Source: a virus. From it: 64,000 nucleotides of DNA. The position numbers were made by a program, and so were the translations under genes. Shown in pieces: positions 1-11,600 of the stretch (positions within the stretch are counted from its first letter, which is position 1; each line of letters begins with the position of its first letter). Where the stretch lies: positions 41,002 to 105,001 of IMG/VR virus record IMGVR_UViG_3300027586_000003; one strand, 5' to 3'. The notes beneath the pieces are model-generated. The model did not search any database. It saw nothing but the letters and a program-made list of their open reading frames with translations, and was not told the DNA's origin.

Positions 1-3000
1 CATACGGCCCCCATCGCCTGTTGTGTAAATCTTTCCAGCGTTGACTGTCCCAGACAACTTGACGCCATCCGACGACATGGCAATGCTAGTCCAATTCCGG
101 TCGCTTTCTTCCGCCGCCCATGTCACTCCAAAGTCGCCAGAGGCGTAAATTCGACCGCCGTAAACCGTCGCTAACAGCTTTCCTCCGCTTGGCGATGAGG
201 CGATGGAACGCCAATTGCGGTTGTTCTCACGCGGAAACCATGTCGCACCGTAGTTGCTTGATGTGTAAATTTGGCCGCCCTCAACCACTGCCGCTAGATA
301 TTGTCCGGTTGACGATGAGGCGATGGAACGCCAATTGCGGTTGTTCTCACGCTGAAGCCATGTCGCACCGTAGGTGCTTGATGTGTAAATTTGGCCGTTC
401 CGGTCTGTCGCCGCTAGATATTGTCCGGTTGACGATGAGGCGATGGAAGACCAGTAAAAAGCTGCGTTCCCAGTCTGTGGGTGCCAGAAGACGCTTTGTT
501 TCCATGTTACACCCGAATCGGTAGAGGTGAAAACCCCGCCATACCAAACCACTGCTGCCAGTTTTTCTCCGTCATCAGATGAAGCTATGCCAGACCAGTT
601 CTCATTTGAATTTGAACCGTGAAAAGGCAAAACCCGCTCTGTCCACGTCGCGCCGTAGTTGATAGAGGTTATGATTTTACCGGGAAAAATAACAAGCAAT
701 CCATACTTCAATCCGCTATCCACAGCCGCCAACTTTTGTCCACTCACAGACGATGCTACTAACCAATATCCATTGGAGCCGGTCATTCGAGGTGTCCAGC
801 CTCTTCCAAAATCGTTTGAAGTGTAAATATAGCCTTCATAAACCCCTGCCACTTTATACTGTCCGGTTGACGAAGATGCGATGGAAAGCCAACTGCGGCT
901 ACTGTCACGCTCCGACCATAATAAAATAAGTTCGACAGTTGATCCGAGCAAAATTATAGACGCTGACTTAAAATTAGAGGCGGCGTAGAGATTAAAATTT
1001 ACTCCAAGCGCAATAATAGAAGCTGACGAAATATTGCTGCCAGAGGAAAGATTGAAGTTTGCTCTAAGCTCAATGCGCGAATTCGTCTCTAGTTGACTAG
1101 GAGTGATTGGGTTTCCAGAAGTGAACACGTTGCCGTCACTTAACGCCACAAGCAGACCGTTTGCCTCCGCCGAAGAGGCTATATTTCTCCAAGCTTTGAT
1201 GTCTCCAAACCCTCTCCAAGTCAAACCTTCGTCGTTAGAAATGTAAATCTGCCCGCCGTCAATCGTTGCCGCCAGTCTTTTCCAATCTTTCGACGAGGCG
1301 ATGTTGCTCCAATTCCGGTTGGCGTCGGTCATTCGCGCTGTCCACGTCGCGCCGTAATCTGCGGACGTGTAAATGTAGGCGTCGCCCCAAGCTGTGTGAA
1401 CCACCGCCGCAAGTTTCGACCCATCCCATGACGAGGTGATAGACTTCCATAACCGGTTGCTATCCCGCGCCGTCCACGTCACGCCGTAGTCGGTAGAAGT
1501 GTAAATCTGACCGCCCCGTGCCGTCGCTGCAATATTTTGTCCATTCCACGACGAGGTGATGGAATTCCACTGTCGGGCAATTTCACGCGCCGTCCACGTC
1601 ACGCCAGAGTCGTTCGACGTGTAAATCCTTTCTAAGTAACCCGCCGCTACTAGATTAGTCCCGTCCCACGAAGATGCGAATGGCTCCCAATTCCGGTTGC
1701 TGTCCCGCGCCGTCCACGTCGCGCCCGCGTTGGTCGAGGTGTAAATCTGGCCGCCCCAAGCCCCTGCCACCAGCTTCTTCCCGTCCGCCGACGAGGCGAT
1801 GCCCCGCCAGTATTGGTTTGGTAAATATTGATTCCAGCCCTCGCCTGAGTTGGCAGAAGCCCAAATCGTCCCGCCCCAAGTCCCTGCCGCCAAATTTTTA
1901 CCAGTATGTGAAGATGCAATGCAGGTTAATCCTGTTCCACCATAAGAACGAGCCGACCACACCTTTCCGGCTCCATCCAAAAGACTTACTTGTGTTGGCA
2001 AAAACCAAATAAATGACAACCCAGTTAATTTCGCCCCCGCAACCAAAACGCCACCGTTTCCGATGGAAGCTCTTGACGCTACCCCCATTCCAACCCCCGC
2101 ATTAAGGCTCCCGATTTCGGAAACAAGAATTTCGGATGAAAACGACAGCCCTTTCGGCGTTATAGTTTCTCCACTGTTCCCAATGGTGATTCCAGACACC
2201 GCCGAGAAAAGTTGCGGCACCCCAATTACACCGCTGTTTCCGAAGGTGATTCCAGACACCGACGAGAAAAGTTTCGGCACTCCAATTACGCCACTGTTTC
2301 CGATGATAATTCCAGATGCCGATGAAATGATTTGCGGCAATCTAATTACACCAATGTTTCCGATGATAATTCCAGATGCCGAAGAAAGCTGCGATGGAAC
2401 GAGCGGGTCGCTTCCAGTTGTGTAAATCTTTTCTCCGTAAACCGTTGCCGCCAACTTGACGCCATCCGACGACATGGCAATGCTAGTCCAACTCCTGTCG
2501 CTTTCATCCGCTACCCATGTCTCGCCAGCGTTAGTCGAAGTCCAAATCTGTCCGTTCAGAACCACCGCCGCTAGATATTGTCCGGTTGACGATGAGGCGA
2601 TGGAACGCCAATTGCGGTTGTTCTCACGCGGAAACCATGTCGCACCGTAGTTGCTTGATGTGTAAATTTGGCTGCCCTCAACCACTGCCGCTAGATATTG
2701 TCCGGTTGACGATGAGGCGATGGAACGCCAATTGCGGTTAGGCTCACGCGGAAACCACGTATCGCCGTAGTTGGTCGAAGTCCAAATCTGTCCGTTCTCA
2801 ACCACCGCCGCTAGATATTGTCCGGTTGACGATGATGCAACAGCAATCCAATTACGGCTACTCTCTTTCGCTGCCCACGATTGGCCGAAATTTATGGATG
2901 TATAAATCTGCCCTCCGCGAGCCGTCGCTACTAGATATTGAAGGTTTGAGGACGAGGCGACGGAAGACCAAGCCCTGCTCACGTCGGTCTGCACGTTTAT

Positions 3001-4479
3001 CCAGCTAATTCCGTAGTCATGTGATATGTAAATAAAACCGTTATCAACCGTTGCTACCAGAGATTGTCCAGTTGAAGATGAAGCAATGCCGCTCCAATTC
3101 CGGTAGCTGCTTGCCTGAGCCGTCCAGCCTGAGCCGTAGTTGGTCGAGGTGTAAATCCGAGCGTTTTTATCCACCGCAGCAAGTCGTGCCCCGTCCGCCG
3201 AAGAAGCGATACTCCACCAACTGTGGGGCCAATCAGGTCTATCCAGAGGTGTTAAGCGGGCTTTCCATGACTTAAAAAGTCCGCTATTGTTATTGGTGGC
3301 GACTGCCAGCACGTTTCTTCCAGATGCCCCTTCAAATACTTGCCCAACATTCAGCACACCACCGTTTCCAATGGCGGTTTCAGACGCTACCTCCATTCCA
3401 ACCCCCGCATTAAGGCTCCCGATTTCGGAAACAAGAATTTCGGATGAAGACGACAGCCCTTCTGGCGTTATAGTTTCTCCACTGTTCCCAATGGTGATTC
3501 CAGATGAAGACCAGAAAAGTTTAGCTACCCCAGTGTTGCCATTGTTTCCGGTGATAATCCCAGACACCGACGAGAAAAGTTTCGGCACTCCAATTACGCC
3601 ACTGTTTCCGATGATAATTCCAGATGCCGATGAAATGATTTGCGGCAATCTAATTAAACCACTGTTTCCGATGGTGATTCCAGATGAAGACGATATAAGT
3701 TTAGGTTCATCAGTGTTTCCTTTGTTTTCAATGGAAATTCCAGACGTTGCCTCCACGCTCAACCCCGCATTTAGGCCACCACCGTTTCCGATGCTAATTC
3801 CAGACACCCCTTGAAAGGGTTGCCCAACATTCAGCACACCACCGTTTCCGATGATAAATCCTAACGCCGACGAGAGGGGTTGCGGCGTTACAATTACGCC
3901 ACTGTTTCCGATGATAATTCCAGATGCCGATGAAATGATTTGCGGCAATCCAATTACACCAATGTTTCCGATGATAATCCCAGATGCCGATGAAATGATT
4001 TGCGGCAATCCAATTACACCAATGTTTCCGATGGTGATTCCAGATGAAGACGATATAAGTTTAGGTTCATCCGTGTTTCCGTTGTTTTCAATGGAAATTC
4101 CAGACGTAGACGATAAGAATTTCGCCAACCCAAGAGCACTATTGTTTCCGATGGTAATTCCAGACACCACTTCAAAGACTTGTCCAACATTCAGCACGCC
4201 ACTGTTTCCGATGATAATTCCAGATGCCGATGAAATGATTTGCGGCAATCTAATTAAACCACTGTTTCCGAAGGTGATTCCAGATGCCGAAGCAAGATGC
4301 TCCGAAGCGTTAAGGTTTGGAGCCGATGGAATCGTTATTGAAGACGCCGCTCTGAACTCAGCTACAAAGCTTAGTGCTATGGCGGACGCTATACCGCTGG
4401 CAATAGCAATAGAAGACACTGCGGACAGTGTAGCCGCTTTGGCAATCCCACGCCCGAAGATGAATGTGTTTAATGCCAC
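1..4479 (-). CDS. Large repeat-rich virion/adhesin protein (>=1493 aa, 3' end beyond window): 20-aa SGITIGNxG repeats alternating with three BNR/Asp-box beta-propeller blocks
   Basis: Absent from the ORF track (no stop inside the window). GTG at 4479 just after the stop of the collagen gene; MALNTFIFGRGIAKAATLS...; no in-frame stop in the stretches I read (most of the ORF), still in frame at base 1. ~40-aa repeats of type WRSIASSSTGQYLAAVVENGQIWTSTNYGDTWFPRE (S/T-x-D/N-x-G-x-T-W Asp-box). Confidence 0.85.
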   Translation of the reverse strand, partial: MALNTFIFGRGIAKAATLSAVSSIAIASGIASAIALSFVAEFRAASSITIPSAPNLNASEHLASASGITFGNSGLIRLPQIISSASGIIIGNSGVLNVGQVFEVVSGITIGNNSALGLAKFLSSTSGISIENNGNTDEPKLISSSSGITIGNIGVIGLPQIISSASGIIIGNIGVIGLPQIISSASGIIIGNSGVIVTPQPLSSALGFIIGNGGVLNVGQPFQGVSGISIGNGGGLNAGLSVEATSGISIENKGNTDEPKLISSSSGITIGNSGLIRLPQIISSASGIIIGNSGVIGVPKLFSSVSGIITGNNGNTGVAKLFWSSSGITIGNSGETITPEGLSSSSEILVSEIGSLNAGVGMEVASETAIGNGGVLNVGQVFEGASGRNVLAVATNNNSGLFKSWKARLTPLDRPDWPHSWWSIASSADGARLAAVDKNARIYTSTNYGSGWTAQASSYRNWSGIASSSTGQSLVATVDNGFIYISHDYGISWINVQTDVSRAWSSVASSSNLQYLVATARGGQIYTSINFGQSWAAKESSRNWIAVASSSTGQYLAAVVENGQIWTSTNYGDTWFPREPNRNWRSIASSSTGQYLAAVVEGSQIYTSSNYGATWFPRENNRNWRSIASSSTGQYLAAVVLNGQIWTSTNAGETWVADESDRSWTSIAMSSDGVKLAATVYGEKIYTTGSDPLVPSQLSSASGIIIGNIGVIRLPQIISSASGIIIGNSGVIGVPKLFSSVSGITFGNSGVIGVPQLFSAVSGITIGNSGETITPKGLSFSSEILVSEIGSLNAGVGMGVASRASIGNGGVLVAGAKLTGLSFIWFLPTQVSLLDGAGKVWSARSYGGTGLTCIASSHTGKNLAAGTWGGTIWASANSGEGWNQYLPNQYWRGIASSADGKKLVAGAWGGQIYTSTNAGATWTARDSNRNWEPFASSWDGTNLVAAGYLERIYTSNDSGVTWTAREIARQWNSITSSWNGQNIAATARGGQIYTSTDYGVTWTARDSNRLWKSITSSWDGSKLAAVVHTAWGDAYIYTSADYGATWTARMTDANRNWSNIASSKDWKRLAATIDGGQIYISNDEGLTWRGFGDIKAWRNIASSAEANGLLVALSDGNVFTSGNPITPSQLETNSRIELRANFNLSSGSNISSASIIALGVNFNLYAASNFKSASIILLGSTVELILLWSERDSSRSWLSIASSSTGQYKVAGVYEGYIYTSNDFGRGWTPRMTGSNGYWLVASSVSGQKLAAVDSGLKYGLLVIFPGKIITSINYGATWTERVLPFHGSNSNENWSGIASSDDGEKLAAVVWYGGVFTSTDSGVTWKQSVFWHPQTGNAAFYWSSIASSSTGQYLAATDRNGQIYTSSTYGATWLQRENNRNWRSIASSSTGQYLAAVVEGGQIYTSSNYGATWFPRENNRNWRSIASSPSGGKLLATVYGGRIYASGDFGVTWAAEESDRNWTSIAMSSDGVKLSGTVNAGKIYTTGDGGRM
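55..3240 (-). repeat. Tandem ~120-bp (40-aa) propeller-blade repeats in three blocks (~<1-915, ~1110-1960, ~2400-3240)
   Basis: Recurrent 'ccgctagatattgtccggttgacgatgaggcgatggaacgccaattgcgg'; 55-330 closely resembles 2455-2750. Confidence 0.88.
3300..4300 (-). repeat. Tandem ~60-bp (20-aa) coding repeats; second block at ~2050-2390
   Basis: Recurrent 'tgtttccgatg(a/g)t(a/g)attccaga' every 60 bp; 2085-2195 is a near-exact copy of 3395-3505. Confidence 0.9.
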
Positions 4480-4485
4480 AACAGC

Positions 4486-6468
<1,983 letters not shown>

Positions 6469-6470
6469 AG

Positions 6471-6878
6471 TTATTTTTGCTTGGCGTCCGAATCGCTGTC
6501 GTCAATGAGCCAGAACAGCGGCAGTAGGAGCGCGGGTTTAACCAGACTGTCGAACTCAACAATCTTCACTGACTTGACCGAAGGCGGAAGCGAAACCTCC
6601 TCGTCAAGTAGAGTCTTGAAAGCTGCTGCAAACTCCGCTTCCTTGCCTCCAAACTGGACGTTGTTTCCAACCACTGCCAACTTGCCGTCCGTGTCTTTTT
6701 CTCCGAACTGGTCGAGCAGTTTTTTGCGGGCCTCGTCGAAGTCAGTAACTTCACCGCTTACAAACTTGATGGCCTTCGCTATCCTGAACGCAACTACGGG
6801 TCGTTGCGGCATTCCAGCAAGTTCGTTAAGGGCTGCGGTGGATTCTACGATGTCTTTGAGTGTTGTCATTCTTGGCAA
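6471..6878 (-). CDS. Phage protein (DUF1617-like), fibre region
   Basis: AFRIAKAIK...[20 protein letters not shown]...F..LLDEEV pattern typical of this family; tightly packed in the operon. Confidence 0.6.
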   Translation of the reverse strand: MPRMTTLKDIVESTAALNELAGMPQRPVVAFRIAKAIKFVSGEVTDFDEARKKLLDQFGEKDTDGKLAVVGNNVQFGGKEAEFAAAFKTLLDEEVSLPPSVKSVKIVEFDSLVKPALLLPLFWLIDDSDSDAKQK

Positions 6879-6913
6879 TGGTGTGCTGCTTTTGGTAAGG
6901 AAAACAACTTATT

Positions 6914-7231
6914 TCAACCAATCTGCGACTTGATGACTGAAATTAGTGCCTTGCGGTCAGCGTAGGACATGGTTTTGGACGCCGTGGACAGCGACATAAC
7001 CGAGCGGTCAAATGCCTGCCGAGCATAGCTGGCAACCGCCTGCTGCACCATTGCGAGCAGATAGCTCTCCGGGGTCACTGCCGGGAGCGGTTCGGACGGA
7101 GGAACTTCGTGGGCGGCACGGAAAGCAACAGCCGAGTCAATAGCGGCCTGTGCGTCAGCGACCACGCCGAGTAGCGCGTCGTGTTCCTCGTCGTTGGTTT
7201 GAATGTCCGAGATAATGATTTCTAGTTTCAT
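6914..7231 (-). CDS. Hypothetical protein, fibre region
   Basis: 105-aa ORF in operon orientation. Confidence 0.65.
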   Translation of the reverse strand: MKLEIIISDIQTNDEEHDALLGVVADAQAAIDSAVAFRAAHEVPPSEPLPAVTPESYLLAMVQQAVASYARQAFDRSVMSLSTASKTMSYADRKALISVIKSQIG

Positions 7232-7251
7232 GGTGTTATGTTATCAACAAG

Positions 7252-7569
7252 TTACAGGTTTTGTTTCCGCAAAGTGAGGCCGAGGCTTGCCAACGAGCTT
7301 TCCATGAACTCGTATTCTGGCAGCCCCTCGCTCTCCATAATTACAAGATTCGGAAAGTAGTTCTCAAAATCCTTCAACCACACAAAGGCAGCGTCCGATA
7401 CGTTATGGAAGTGTCGCGTGTAGTAGGCAGGAACCAACTGCTCAGAGTCGCCTACGGAGAACGCTGGTGCGGTTAGGAAGTCCTCATCATCAAAGACTAG
7501 GGGGTTGTTTAGCCATTCGTTCAGGGATGCTCGCTCCCCGGCTGGTATAAAGATTCGGATTTCTCTCAC
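7252..7569 (-). CDS. Hypothetical protein
   Basis: Probable GTG start at 7569 coupled to the upstream TGA (GTGA overlap); the track uses 7596. Confidence 0.6.
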   Translation of the reverse strand: MREIRIFIPAGERASLNEWLNNPLVFDDEDFLTAPAFSVGDSEQLVPAYYTRHFHNVSDAAFVWLKDFENYFPNLVIMESEGLPEYEFMESSLASLGLTLRKQNL

Positions 7570-8315
7570 GATGCTGGTTGTGCTGGAGTTGCCCACTTGC
7601 TGCGAAGATATGTTTCAACCAATTGGCGGTTGGTGGTGCCTAGTGCGGAGTTGTAAATAATAATCTCGCACACGTCTGAGTTTGAACCTTCAGTGCCGTA
7701 GCTGGGGGAGGTCGCTCCTAAGCCGAGACTTGTTATGCTAGTAGCAGCAGACACCGAGCCTCGTTGAAACCCGTCCACGAAGTAGGTCATTACGGAACCA
7801 GTCGCTACCAAGCATCCTTGGTGAACGGAAGCCAGCGGCGTAGCCTGATAGCTTGCGATGTTCGTGCCACCAATGTAGCAGTTATTGCCCGAATTCCTCG
7901 CTGCAAGGTTGATGCAGGTTTCTGAACCGCCACCGTTGTTTATGGTTCTCGCATACGTCACGGAAGTAACGCCTTTCTCCACCAAGAAAATCGTGAAAGC
8001 ACCGGAGACCGTGTATCCCGTCGTCATCTTGTGCGTAGTGGCGTCGAACCGAACGACAGGCAAACTGTTAATCAAATTCGCCGAGTTGTAGTAGGTTGGC
8101 CGCGTGGTTGTTACTCCGGTGGCGTGACGCGCTGCCCCGCTCAAATCCGTAAATGTCGTCAAAGCGGCGGCGTTGGCAAGGCCGGTAAGTTGTGAGGCGT
8201 CCATCCACAACTGACATCCAGCAATGGACGTGAGGACGTTGAACAGCGGCGAGGCATACGAATCCACAGGGCCGGGGATTCGGCTGCGTTGCCTACTTTG
8301 TGTCGCAACACTCAT
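7566..8315 (-). CDS. ConA/LamG-like lectin-fold virion protein
   Basis: QLWMDAS...FTDLSGAARHAT...INSLPVVRFD...CEIIIYNSAL...VETYLRSKW signature of phage LamG-like domains. Confidence 0.75.
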   Translation of the reverse strand: MSVATQSRQRSRIPGPVDSYASPLFNVLTSIAGCQLWMDASQLTGLANAAALTTFTDLSGAARHATGVTTTRPTYYNSANLINSLPVVRFDATTHKMTTGYTVSGAFTIFLVEKGVTSVTYARTINNGGGSETCINLAARNSGNNCYIGGTNIASYQATPLASVHQGCLVATGSVMTYFVDGFQRGSVSAATSITSLGLGATSPSYGTEGSNSDVCEIIIYNSALGTTNRQLVETYLRSKWATPAQPAS

Positions 8316-8662
8316 GTCGTGTAATTGTTCACGTTCACAAAAAGGCTAATCACGTTTGTGGTTGAGGCCGCAGCCTTTACAAAAAGCCCGCCATTCAGCC
8401 TAATCCCCGGCACGACGAGATAAAGGCCGCTCTTGAACGCGATTGTAGCCTTAATACACTCTCCGGGGTCAACCACACCGCCCCACCCAATCACTAAATC
8501 TACATTAACGGTGTGGTTGTTTTGCGCCCAAATCCAGATTTCGTCTATGTTTGCTGCTCCAGCGGTTGCGGTGTGAATGGTCGTGCCGGATGCAATGGCG
8601 GTAGCGACTACCAAAACAGGCTTATTGCTGGTGCCGAAAGTGACGGGGAGGAATGAGGCCAT
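8312..8662 (-). CDS. Small beta-rich virion protein
   Basis: GTTIHTA...DEIWIWAQN...LVVPG pattern common in phage fibre regions; ATGA overlap with next gene. Confidence 0.65.
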   Translation of the reverse strand: MASFLPVTFGTSNKPVLVVATAIASGTTIHTATAGAANIDEIWIWAQNNHTVNVDLVIGWGGVVDPGECIKATIAFKSGLYLVVPGIRLNGGLFVKAAASTTNVISLFVNVNNYTT

Positions 8663-8666
8663 AAAG

Positions 8667-11600
8667 TTAGTTCATCATTGAGTTGTAGATTGCTTCCAAA
8701 TTGGTCAGGCCGGTAATCCGAGCGACGGGAACGGTTCCGGCGGTCAAAAGTCCCGCACTACTGACAATAAAGCCACCTAAATTTGAGTCGCCGACAACGT
8801 GCAGAGTAGATGTGGGGATTGTGATGCCGATGCCGACTTTGCCGGTGTTAAATATCGCAGCCGGGTTTGTTCCATCCCCGACAACGTAAAGGCGAGCAGG
8901 GATTGTTACTGTCGCTGGAGCATCTGCGCCGATTATTTGGACATTTCCTCTACCGAGATTTAAGCTGGCGGCATCTAAACCAGCAGCAACAACAGCGTTA
9001 TTTGCACTATTTAAGAATTGCCAATAGGGAGAATTAGACACGTTGGCTAATTGCACATTGTGTCCACCAGACTTTTCAAACCTCGCGGGGAATCCGCTTG
9101 AAAAAACGTGGAGCGTATTCGCAGGACTCGTCGTCCCGATGCCGACTTTGCCCGTCCCGGCAGGGGCAATTATCACGTCAATGTTCGCCGCCCCCGTTCC
9201 CGCAGTCTCCGCTGCCAGAGTGAATGAGTTAGCTGTTTGATTTATGGAGAATCGCTGGTAGTTGCTCGCGTTAGTGTAGGCGTAGTAACTGCGAATAACA
9301 CCCGTGTTTTCAATCGTGAAAACCTTTCTGCCGCTGCCTCCTGACGTGGTGAAGTCGAAGTTTTGGTATGCAACTAGATTAAGTGCTGCTGGCCCCGTCA
9401 TGCTGCATCCTGTGCCAGCCCAGTAAAATGTTTTTGCTGCCCCCATCGCAACGTCAATCAGGAACGTCGCGCTCGTATTGTCCGTCGTAAGCACATTGGT
9501 TCCGGTCTGCGGGGAGTAGAATATGAAGCCTGTGTATGGGGCCGATAGCACCATGTAGTTGCTGTATTCCTCAATCGTTCCGCCACCAGAAAACTTCAAG
9601 CCGTAGTTGTCACCTGTCGCAACAGTTAGTGCCTTGCTTGCGGCCATCGCCACCGCATTGGCGAAGGTGAAACTAGGCGCACTCCCCGCCGCCGTGAACG
9701 TAGTAAGCCCCACACTGGAAACCGTCGTGTCCATGTAAGTCGTTGCGCTGCCGTTCGCATCGTTGTAGGTCAGGCGCAGAGCCGATGACGGGCCGAGGTT
9801 GATTTCACAAACCTTGTCGGGAGCGGTGGTGCCGATGCCGACGTTGCCGGAGGAAGTGATTCGCATCTTTTCCGTAACCGTTGCCAGCACGCTCTGTCCT
9901 GCGGTCGTGCTTTGTGTTCCAAAGACTAAAGCTCCGAGACTGTTCATGTATGTGGAGTTCTCCTTAACCCCTCCAATGCTGGCGAATGTGGTGTCCACAG
10001 CACCTTGACCAGCAGTGCTACCTCCAAAAACAATTGTGCCGCCGTTGCCTGCCGCATAAACTCCGTTCGTGGGGTTTTCGCCGACGAACAGATTCCCGAG
10101 CGTTGAACTCTTGGTGCTTCGCGTGTTAATGACACCTTGGACGAGAGTGTCTCCTGTGATGTCCACTGCCCCAACCACCATCAGTCCATAATTCGAGCTT
10201 GCACCTATGGAGGAGAAGTAGCCTGCGACCAAATTGTTGTTTGCTCCTCCTGTCAGGACGCTCCTTATCCCATAAACTGTCCCAGTGTTGTCGGGTGGGG
10301 AGATGGCAATGTGCAGGCTTCCCGCCGAGTTAATCTTCGCCAGCACAGTTCCGCTGCTGTTCTGCACTTCCAGTGCGTTCGCCGTTGCCGAGGCTGCGAG
10401 TTTGATTATTGAACCAATGGTTCCTGCTGCTCCAGCGTTGACCTGCAACTGTGCGCCGGGAGACGCCGTGCCGATGCCGACTTTGCGCGTGCTTCCATCA
10501 AAAAATGCTATCGCGTTTTGTTTACCATCAAAAACAGTCAAGCTTCTGAACCGAGTAGTGCCGCCATTATATCCGGTATAGTTTATGCCACCCGAATTAC
10601 CAGAAGTTGTATCAGCATCTAGCCCATAATCAAAATTTAATTGATTGCGGTTACCTATATATATACCGTATCCTGACTGGTCGGTTACTTTTAATGGAAT
10701 TGGAACAGTGGGGAAACTGCTGGAAATATCCAACTTCGCCCCCGGACTCGTCGTCCCGATGCCGACGTTGCCCGTCGCCGCAGATATTACAAGCCGCCTT
10801 AAAGCTGCCGCCTCATCGTGGATGTAGAATTGGGCGTCGTCAGTTCCGAGCCGGTAATGCTTAGTGCCGCCATTAAAATTCAGTTTCAGATAAGGCCCAC
10901 CGCCGCCTTGCCCGATAGTAAAGATGCCAGACGAAAGGCCATTGGAACCAGAAAATGAGCCATCAGCACCAACCTGAAAGTATGCGTTTCCAACAGAGTC
11001 CTCCACCGCGAATACCGGAGCAACGACTTGGGCGACTGCTGACCTTCGCACCAATAAACCTTTACCATTAAACGAGCCATCTTGAGTTATAAAAACAGAG
11101 GCTTCACTGGCAGCTACTGGTGTGTTAACACTAAGTTTATTTCCCGGACTCGTCGTGCCGATGCCGACGTTTCCTGCATGATACATCTTTGCATTAGCAT
11201 CAACGGAGTAAATGCTGAATGGCAGATTGGTCTGTGTGCCTGCTGTTTGAGAGCCTATGTAGAGGCCATAGGTGTCCGTTATGGTTCCACCGCTACTTAG
11301 GGCACTAATGTGGATTGCACGCCTGTCGGCGGTTGTTCCTCCAACGCTGGTGGAGCGATTTGCGGCGATGTGGAGGCCGGTTTGATTAGTGACTCCGCTA
11401 GATGCTTGGGCCGAAGCATTGACTATTGCTCCTACCAAAGTGGTAACGGCTCCCGCGCCCAAGGCTTGTGCTGCCAAGGAATAGGTTCCGTAACAATTTT
11501 GGAGGGTGCCAGTTCCATAGTGGTAGTTATACATCAACGAGGCATAAACCGCGTTGAGATTTTCACTATTGGTCGCAGGCACAACCGTTTGAATCCACTT

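Noticed and set aside
55-2750. Duplicated segments as a DGR template/variable repeat pair
   Set aside because: No reverse transcriptase in the window and no evident adenine-specific mismatch pattern; ordinary intragenic duplication suffices.
2050-4300. Regularly spaced ~60-bp repeats resembling a CRISPR array
   Set aside because: Period is a multiple of 3, the intervening sequences are themselves homologous, repeats are degenerate at codon positions, and no cas genes are present.
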